A stretch of 60,732 nt of DNA, filler included, from Platydemus manokwari (lineage: Eukaryota): assembly GCA_037951405.1 (NCBI GenBank). It is 5 parts of 5 records of this genome, joined end to end, with 100 filler letters (N's around TTAATTAATTAA, not from the genome) between each part and the next. Parts side by side here need not be neighbours in the genome. Positions count along the whole stretch, not along the records: positions 44,118 to 60,732 come from JBBMOY011159215.1; 4 more parts are not named here. One strand, 5' to 3'. The notes under the pieces are model-generated. The model was not told the origin of the DNA, made no database searches, and saw only the letters and a list, made by a program, of their open reading frames with translations. Shown here in pieces: positions 51,117 through 60,732 of the stretch. The translations under genes were made by a program, and so were the position numbers. Positions within the stretch are counted from its first letter, which is position 1. Each line of letters opens with the position of its first letter.

Positions 51117-51600
51117 ATGGCAACCACGCACATGGATGCGATCTTGAGTAGACTTGTGCCCGAAAAGTACATACTAAGCGACGATATCGAACAGTTAATT
51201 AAACGCTGTAATCGATGTTTTGATATCTGTAAAACAACCAATTAATGAGAAATTTGGTTATAATTGCCTTGTTTCAGAGGAAATAAAGGAGTATGACCAA
51301 AGATTGCGAAAGGCCTTAGGAAAAAATTGATCACTGACTCAGGATTGGCTAAGAGCTATTCAATACGCCGAAGTTTTCTTCGATGGAATTGAAAAGATGA
51401 CATTATGGCACATAAAACAACGAAAGAAGATCTAGTGGCATTCCTGGCAGTCCATTGCTCAGAGGATCCGGAATTGGAGAAAGAAATAAAAATGAATGAT
51501 ATCGTTGAATTACCGAAGATTAAGACGGTAATTAAAAAGTTAGATGAAGTACGTGAAAACCCAATCATAAACCAAAGGTGCAGGTAAGGAGAATAGAGAC
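51117..51600 (+). mobile_element. Decayed Ty3/gypsy gag-like ORF
   Basis: LSRLVPEKYILSDDIEQLIKRCNRCFDICK* then frameshifted KEDLVAFLAVHC.EDPELEKEIKMND; resembles a gag N-terminus (PExY...DIE.F...C.R.F); adjacent to LTR sequence. Confidence 0.5.
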
Positions 51601-51800
51601 CAGAAATAGCTAAAACTGTAACAAAATAGTTTATTTAAGATTGTTATTATTTTCGTTAGGAATTTAAATAATTTTTAAATGATAATTTCAGATAGAAAAT
51701 ATATTGATGTTTGAAAATATGAAAGAGAATTTGTTTAGATATATTGATTGGTTATACTTTTGTAATTCTTAAATCTTTTACAATTTATATTTTAAGAAAT

Positions 51801-52222
51801 TGTTGTCTGAGATGAAATTCTACCCTTGTTTAAGCACTCTGAACATTTGTATGTACATGCATAGCAATTAGTCGAGCATAGAGATGTTCAATGGTAAACG
51901 ACACTTGAAAAAAGGAAAATATCTACACAACAACGCACACATAGGGATTCACCAATCACACTCATGCAAAACTTAAAAACCTAATAAGAACATGCAAAAG
52001 TAAATATGGAATCAAAACATGATACAAGATGACACAAAAAATTACATTCAGGTCCCGAATATAAAAATCGATGTAAAAATGGTCAAGTGCCAATTAGGAG
52101 CCAAGTTTTGGTTGATATTTTGTGCAGTGTAGTTATGTGTACTGATTAGTACAGAAGAAAATATATTATTAGCCATCTATTTTGGAGTCAGAGTTTAATT
52201 AATTGTTCAGAAGATCCCAACA
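51801..52222 (+). mobile_element. Solo LTR, family B
   Basis: TGTTG...CCCAACA termini, internal TATAAA, homology with 44395-44585. Confidence 0.55.
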
Positions 52223-53524
52223 AAATAATAGTAACAATCGATTTTAATTGAAACCTTTAATGGTCTTTGTAAAAGCCAATGATATTAAATTTTTAAGATG
52301 AAATGAATAAAATTAATCGAAACATTTTTTAAATTCTCAGAAAGCAGATGAGAACAATAATCTTTTAATAAAATAATTGTGTTTACTTTTCAATTATTTG
52401 TAAGTAGTTATCGAATGAATACATTTTTAATTTTATTTTTATTTAAAATTCTGTTTTATTTGCAGAAATATTTTATCGATAAATTTGTTCTAAATGTAAT
52501 CGTTATCTCAAAAGTTATTTATAAACAACAAATTATAATTTTTATAATCAAATGTTAGTTCAAGGTCATTATTTTATAAAAGTTATTACAAAAATATAAA
52601 TTTATTATTATTTATTTAATATTTGAACTTATTCAATTCATAATTTGTTCTGATAACCACAAAAAATTATATAATACAAACTCAATGAAACCATAAAGCG
52701 ATCCGAAATTTGTAACAAAATAAAGGCTTCATTGAGGATAAGAATATCAAGCAGTATGAATTGCTTATTTTCTGTGCTCTCTATTATTTTTACAAATAAG
52801 TTAATCTGGATTTCAATACAAACCAATAAGATCTTGTACAAATATCGATTTAAAATATTAATAAATATTGACTTTCACTCAATATGTATTCGTTTGATTG
52901 TAAAAATCATATTAAAAGATGAATCGTTTTTCTTTATTTCGTTGCATAAATTGTGGACTTCAAATCGATCAATGCAAAATTTAGTAAGGCACCTTTCAAT
53001 GAAAAGTGTAACTAAAACCAATTATGTAAATTTCGGAAGATGTATTTGAATCAACTAATCTGTTTCCATGGTGATTTTTGAATTAAGATTTATTCTTAGA
53101 TTTTATTTTGATATATATTTTAAATCGATAATAAGATAGAGAGAACAATGAAGATGAAGACAACCATATAGACGGTTTCCAGTACATGGATTTTGAGTAT
53201 AAAGAGAATTGGGAATGAAAATTTATGTAATACACAGAAAATTTAAAACAAGAAATGTAATCAAAGTCAAAGATTTTTAAAAAGTCGATGTTATAAATAA
53301 TCTTTAATGGTTTTATATAGAATAAATTGTTTTAAACATCTTGGAAAAATTTAGAAACTTTTCATCAAATATAATTTGAGGATTCAAGTTCTTCAATTCG
53401 CTTTTAATAAAACTTTAGCTAATATAATAATAATAAGGATAAAAATAACTATAATAACAATAATTATAATAATATAAGACTATTATTATAATGTAAAATT
53501 ATATATATTATTATTATTAAATAA

Positions 53525-53808
53525 AACAATAATAACAATAATAATAATAATAATAATGATAGTAACAAAAATGATAATAATAATANNNNNNNNNNNNNNN
53601 NNNNNNNNNNNNNNNNNNNNNNNNNNNNNNNNNNNNNNNNNNNNNNNNNNNNNNNNNNNNNNNNNNNNNNNNNNNNNNNNNNNNNNNNNNNNNNNNNNNN
53701 NNNNNNNNNNNNNAATAATAATAACAATAAAATTAACAATAATAACAATAATAACAATAATAATAATAATAACAATAATAACAATAATAACAATAATAAC
53801 AATAATAA
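53525..53808. repeat. (AAT/AAC)n microsatellite spanning an assembly gap
   Basis: Direct reading; accounts for the poly-Leu and poly-Ile ORFs in the track. Confidence 0.95.
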
Positions 53809-56800
53809 TCTTTCAAAACCAAACTGATTTAATGGGAAAATAACTGGTAAAAGTTACATTAAAGTATTTCTCTATTTTGATACATTATTTTCTAATCAAT
53901 GTCATCCATAAATTACCATCCACATTTTATAACCCACAAAAAATCCGACTGAGAAATAAAGGTTCGACTTTTAATTAACATTTTGTGTTTCGTTCTTAAA
54001 TATTCAAATAGTAGGGGTTCATTAGCTTTTGTAAATACATCATTGATCAAAACTGAAATCAAATAACTGTCTTAGTATGAAACCGAAATGTCAAACATGT
54101 CTCTCATGTAATCATTTTAAAGTTTGCCTGGTATAAATTCCTCGATCACATATTTTTAGAAGTGTAAACAAAAATAAATATCAAGAAATAAGTTTCCACT
54201 GACAAGAATCGCAAAGAATAAAAAACAATTTTTCATTTTCTTTACTTTCATCCATATTAAATTTTAAAAAAAAATGTCAATAAAAGTCTCTTTAATATTC
54301 ACAGTTTTCCAAACCATATTAAAGTTCATAATAACCAAATAACCGAGGCAATATTTTTATCTTTGTATCTCAAAACGAGATGGAACATCGTTTGGTGATA
54401 TCACCTGACTGTGAACATTAAGATCTCAATTAATTATTCGAAATCTCAAAATAATCAACCAATGATTTATCATCTCATATTAATGAATTATTCAATAGAG
54501 TGTTGTTAACTCAATCTTCATCCATACAATCGAATTCAAAACCATCTAGTTAAATAATATGATATCAATTTTTTTTTCTCAAAATGAATAATCTGATAAT
54601 TATTGGAATCAATAAATTGACAGAATTCACAGAAAAAAATTCCAGTAAACGCACAAATATGCACGTCAATATTTATATGAACAATTTTTTAATCGATATG
54701 ATGCGGTTTTTTTGTATTAAAATGAGTCACGTTATTTGTTGCATAAAACCATATCTCGAAGAATCTGATCAATCGAAATTATCAATGTAATTTATTGTAA
54801 AATATATAATCTAGTGGAACATTTAAATATGTGTATACACCTATTATATTATAAAATCATTTAATAAAATCATAGACAATTATAAATTTTCGATTTTAAA
54901 TTTTAATTATATTACATTTATTATTCACTCATTAACTCGAAATTTATATCGTATTAATCATCAATTTTTGAATTCATTAAACAAATTTTAAAATCTAAAA
55001 ATTCTAAATAAATTCATTATAGAAAAATTTATTTAAAAATGAAACAATATATTTTTTTGATGAAAATTAATGTTGACGTAATAAAACTGAAGTATTATTG
55101 TTTATAATTACTGATGTACAAAAGAGTTTCTATATTCTCAATGATATACATACATTAAAGTTAAATAACGTACATACACACAGACTCATTCAATGACAAT
55201 GCCAGTTTTCACGTAGAAAAATTTACATACACACACATTTTGAAATACACGTGTACAGAGTGCGTCGATAGATAATTTTACTTTCACATCATCAAGTATC
55301 CGTTAAGTAAACAGGGGTTCAAATCCCTTTCAATTTCATTAAGTTATCATAATTCAATTTCATAATTATAAGCAAAATCAATTCTATCAAATCTTTTTTT
55401 TACATCACCATGGAAATAGTTGTAGAAATGTGCATCGATTTTCATCGGGTAACAAAAGCTAACTCGATATATAACAAGTATTGTGATTTTATGAAACACG
55501 AAAAAAAAATCGTTGTCACGAAGATAATCAATGGTACAAAAATGTAATGTTTGAATAAAATCAAGAAAAGAAAATACAACTACTGATCAATAATTTTTGC
55601 ATAATAAATTAAAAGTATTTCTTGACCATTAACAAGACCAGCATTTCTGAGAGAATTATAATCTACTCGAAATTTCTCAATAGTTACTATATAATTAAAC
55701 TAATCATTAAAATGAAGAAAATAATGACTAAAACTAGACTAAAACATGAAGAAATTATTATCAATAACAGTCCAATAATTGTCTATTACAGAGAGAGATT
55801 AATTTGACTGACACAAGATTTTGTAAATTATAGAATTTGAAATTATCTGTGAACAAATTCATTTGAATTGAATTCATTTTGTCGTTTATTTCTTCATGAC
55901 CTTAATTTTGCCAATATTAAACTGACAATGGATGGATCGATGGATACTTTGTTCCATAATTAACTTCACTCACAACAAATCATACATTGAAGTCCAAGCG
56001 AAAAATCTTGAAGATCATTTTGATAAATATTATGATTAAATTAAACCGTATACATTGTAAAGATGCTTGTTGCTTCAATGTTTATTATAAACAATAGAAA
56101 AAAGCTGTCTTATTAATGTATTTACAAGCATTATGCATCTAGATTTTTCGAATTAATTCTGAAAATTCTGAATAAATGGAAAAAATAGAGATTTTCTGTA
56201 AACTGTATCAACGAACACGTGTATTGGGAACAGAAGTATCTCTGAGATATTATTTCTAAGCTATTCACCAAACATTACATCGTATACTTTTATTCATTAC
56301 AAAGCTTTGAAATAGCAAAGCAATTTAGTAGTGGCTTAAAAGACAAAAAATGTTGAAAAGAAAAGAAAATATTTCCAAACCAAATATATATATATATATA
56401 TTATATATAATTAATAATTCTGAAAGATTTTTGATATGAAAAATATTCATACAATTACACCCAAAAACAAATTCTTAAAACCGGACATATATACGTCAAA
56501 ATTACGTAACACATATTTGTTAAGTAATTTCAAATATTTGTTTTGTTGAAAACAAGATCTCAAAAACCGATAATTCATTTGAAATCATAAATTTTCTGGA
56601 CGTTTCTAGTTTGGTTTCCGTCCAGATTGACTATGTTGGTAAATGTTCAATGAACAGTGGTTATAAATAAAAAAAAATTACAAACCACACTTTCAATAAA
56701 TAATATTAATTTGTATTGAATAATATTACTAACAAAACAAAAACACAAAGTTTATGCTGCTCAAAACAAGCATGCCAAGTGGTAAAAAAAATAGGACATT

Positions 56801-58619
56801 GGTAAATGATTTGTTGAATTGTATATTAGAATTCGATAAATAAAATCTGTGACTCTAAAAATGTCAAAGATATAATTTGCTATCGTTATCTGCACTAAAA
56901 GCTAATCAAATCATTTCGTATTCTTGTTGCAGAATTCCATATTGATAGAAATTATCGATAGAAATATCAATTATTAACTCAACGAAATATTTGTCCCAAA
57001 GCTTTCTCAAATATCTCATTGTTCAAAATGAAATAATCATTTCTAACTGTAAAACCAATTCATAATTAATATTTTTATCATCATCATCTAATTGTTTCAA
57101 TAATTTTTTCTTTTTTGGAAATGGTACATAATTTATGTCTTATCACCATTAAAACATTTTTCATCATTTTTTGTTGTCATATTCCCTATAGTATTATTCA
57201 AACCAAATTTTTAACTTTCTTTTCTCCATTTATTATCACAATACCACCAATTGATGGATTCTTGAACGAAATTTCTCGAGACAGAATATCAGCATTTGGT
57301 ATTATGAAATAATATTGTTACATAATTGTACCAATGAAGTAAACAAAAAATATTTTGGATGAGAAACGAAATCAGTAACTGGGAAAATAATAATAAACTC
57401 ATCATGGTAGCTAGTCTATTTTGATTACATAAACAACATCCAATTCAGATAAACTAATTAATTTTCAGGTCAATCAAAGAGCATCCTCAAATTTTACATC
57501 CAATACCAATATGTGCACAATTCACACATCGCACGTGGTCGGGTATGCATTAGCCCAATAACCCATTCTAACCGTACACAGGACACATAGAAACAAACAC
57601 ACTGTCAGTCAGCTTCAAAAAAGTAAAAAAAATTATATAAAGACCTATCAAAAATGAAAATTCTTTTTTTCAAATTTATAATCACCAGAGAATGTAATCG
57701 ATAAATGAATGAAATATTCTTAGATATGTATAATTATGTTATAATTAGTCGAAAGACTGACACATTCAGTTCATGAACTGGTATGGGTTTACTAAATATT
57801 TATTCCATGTCACATTAATTTACTGGTATTGAAATATTATTTAAAAAAAAACCCAATCCCCTAAGCTAAAGTCCATTCGAATCCATGATATAAATTCTAA
57901 TAAAACAATGCCAGTATTAGGTTTCAAATAATATAATTAATAATTAACGGTAACAAGTAATTCGCAGAAATGTAATTGAAAAAATTAATTTTAGACAACT
58001 TCTAACCTGTTATAACGCCTAGTTCTTTCAAATATAAAAACTCTTGTCACATTTATGAGTAATTAAAAATGTATCAACGAATACAAACAAGCATTTGTTG
58101 ACACAGTGAACGGGATTCTGTCATTACGGGGCATTGTTTAAACAACCATACTGGAATATGATTCGTTAGTGGAACAAAGTAAAATATGAGTCACAAATAA
58201 AGCTCCCTCGTATCAGATTCGTCTAATTGATAGCATCTGTTATAGAAAAATATTAATCGTCAGCTAACAAATTCCTTTGTTAAAAATTATGAAATATATT
58301 TTCCTTTTACTTTTCTTTCGAATATGAATAGCCAAAATAAATGCTAAATAATGATTTTGAAAAATTTTGTAATCCACACAACAATTCATTTTTATACATA
58401 TTATATAATAAAACAATTGATATTTAGAAATTGAAATAAAAAATTTAAAATGTACAATTATAAATATTCACAAAAATCGTAATAAAAATAATTATTTAAT
58501 GTATCAATATTAATATTTCGTGATTGATAACTCAAATTATTTCGATATTAAAAACAGAGATTTTGCTAGCAGCGTGGCAAATATTTAATCATCTGATTAT
58601 CGATTGCTTTTCTAATTAG

Positions 58620-58653
58620 CCAATCAGAGTTAAGCAACGTCATTCTATAAATA
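58620..58653 (+). promoter_or_regulatory. Core promoter of the MXD/Mxi gene: CCAAT box, CRE half-site, TATA box
   Basis: AGCCAATCAG (CCAAT 58620-58624), ACGTCA (58637-58642), TATAAATA (58646-58653), ~65 nt upstream of ATG 58717. Confidence 0.55.
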
Positions 58654-58716
58654 TTAATGCAATGTGATTTCAGCATTATTTCCTTATCGAAATTATTTTG
58701 CATTTGAATTTAAAAT

Positions 58717-60533
58717 ATGGCAGATACGAATGGTTTATTATTACTATGGAATGCTGCTGTTGAACTAGAAGGTTCTGGTGAGTTATTTGTTATTAAAAAT
58801 TCATTTGATTATCGAATTCAAATGTTGAATATCATAAAGAACATTATTTTTTTCACGTTTAATTCTGTCATTTTGATTACCATTTTTTTTCATAAAAGAA
58901 ATCGAACAAATGATTTTACAAGCCAGGACACGACGGAATAATACGTTAAAATTACTTAAATCTCAAGATTTATCTATTCATAATGGAAAGAAATCTCAAA
59001 TTCCTATAAGGTATAAAAATTTCTTTTCTTCCAATTTTCGATATTATTTATTTAATGCTTTAATTTGATGATGAATTTTCATTAGTCTTGATGAAATTGT
59101 TTGGTAATATTATATATTTTTTTGTGGAAAGAAATTGTATGTTAGAATTAGAAAAAGAAATAGTTGTTAGGAATTCAAAGCAAATATTTCTGAGAACGAA
59201 TTTTAATCTTGTTTAGTAAAAAAATATTTAGTAAAAAAGCTATTTATTTATTTATCGTTTGTTAAATTTCGTTCAATATATATATGTATTATTAGAACAA
59301 GCATAATTTTCAATTGTAATTCTAATAATATTCTAATAAAAAAACACTATTCTACATTAATAACGTTTCTTAACGTTTCAGACATTCACACAACGAATTG
59401 GAAAAATGCAGGTAATTTATGTTTCGGATTATTTTTATCGATAATGTTCGACGAAATCGATAATATATATATATTTTTTCATTGGATCGTGTGTGAAGCT
59501 GATAATACGTATGAAATTCATTTATCGATTATTTGTTAGCTAGATAGAGAGTGTAGAATTTTAAACTTATGATATCTGCTTGTCGGAGGTTGAATAATTA
59601 TGACACCCAACATCATTTAATTATATAATGTAGTTTAATTCGCTTTATAATTCGAAATTAATTGGGTTTTATTTGTTTAATTCTATTCTATATATTGTTA
59701 GTTTTTTTTTTCGACCTATAGCTACTTTTACAAGTTTGGTGTAATTATGTCGAATATTTCAGATTGTATGCTAATCAACTTATATCCAGTCTAAGAAATT
59801 CTCTGAGAATCCGTGTATGGAGAAATTAATAATTCTCTCGACTTAAGTTCTTAGCATAATCTTTCAATGTGTAAAAAATACAATAAACACGGGTTAAAGA
59901 TGAGAAAATTTCAGCTTTGCACACGTTGCTTTCGGGCTTATTTTTAATGATTGAAGAAAACACTTGTCATGATATTGTTATATTATTTTTCCATTAGACG
60001 AGCACATCTAAGATCATGCATGGAAAAGTTAAAGAAAGTCTTACGATTTGACCAAGATTCCGTACCCTGTAGAATTACAATGCTCAATGTTCTTAAAAAG
60101 GCGTCTACCACTATTTATGTACGTTTAAAATTTTGTTTGATATATTATTATTTTTATTATTATTATTATTATTGTTATTATTAGTAATAGATTCTATTTA
60201 AATTCTTTCCATTTTTTGTCATCCATCTCTTGTCTCTCTTTCACTGATTCTGCTCTAGTGAAATTTTCGTTTTCTTTTTGATTGTTTTCATTGGTGAGAT
60301 TGATTTATTATTTATATTTTTCATCTCATTCAAGACTCGCGAACGCAGCATTCATTCAATGAATATCAAAGAAACAATGGCTAAAAATCGTTTCGTAGAA
60401 TTGACTAATAGACTTAACAATTTGCAGCGACAATATAAACGTTTAAAAAATATGCAAGCCATTTCTTTGGAGTCATCGAAGGCAGAAAGAATGCGAAATT
60501 ATTCCGAGTGTTCTGTGTTGACGACATCTTCAG
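58717..60533 (+). CDS. mxi1: Mad/Mxi (MXD-family) Max-dimerising bHLH-ZIP repressor; 3' end unresolved or beyond the window
   Basis: Exons 58717-58777, 58899-59010, 59382-59411, 59998-60118, 60335-60533 splice in frame: SID-like LLLLWNAAVELE; basic region RHSHNELEKCRRAHLRSCMEKLK; helix 2 RITMLNVLKKA; zipper; ERMRNYS motif. The symbol indicates family, not proven orthology. Confidence 0.88.
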
Positions 60534-60732
60534 GTTGGATTTTGTTAATTTTAACTTTCATTTCCATTAACCGTTTTTTGTTTGTTTTTTTGGTATTTTT
60601 ATCATTATCTTAGCGATTTGTTATCATCGATCTATTGATCTGTACAGTTCATTATTGATATTGCTTTGATCTTTATTATATATTCTTATCTATCATTCTA
60701 AAAATGATATAATGGTGAGTTGAATTTGCAGT

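Noticed and set aside
53464-53843. Poly-Leu / poly-Ile ORFs
   Set aside because: Translation of the (AAT/AAC)n microsatellite across an N gap.

Overview
Very AT-rich eukaryotic (animal) genomic scaffold with short ~46-55 nt GT-AG introns, assembly gaps and artificial TTAATTAATTAA linkers. Composition, intron size and transposon content suggest a planarian/triclad flatworm (inference). Supported genes: a secreted C-type-lectin + PAN/apple protein (2 exons), an intronless RING finger with an acidic tail, a 10-exon secreted Ig x7 - LDLa x3 - Ig protein whose last module resembles perlecan domain II, a small secreted CxxxC-repeat peptide, and a Mad/Mxi (MXD) bHLH-ZIP repressor running off the right end. 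The rest is mostly decayed mobile DNA: NeSL/R2-group non-LTR elements (Ulp1 protease + restriction-like endonuclease), Ty3/gypsy gag/RT/integrase pieces and solo LTRs, a CGGBP/hAT-like remnant and a 76-bp piggyBac-type MITE. The most notable signal is non-coding: three hammerhead-ribozyme folds (a tandem type III pair at ~0.9-1.1 kb, a minimal type I at ~26.1 kb) that all carry the non-canonical core YUGGUGA (G at the normally conserved A6). All alignments, folds and splice models were done by eye, not computed.
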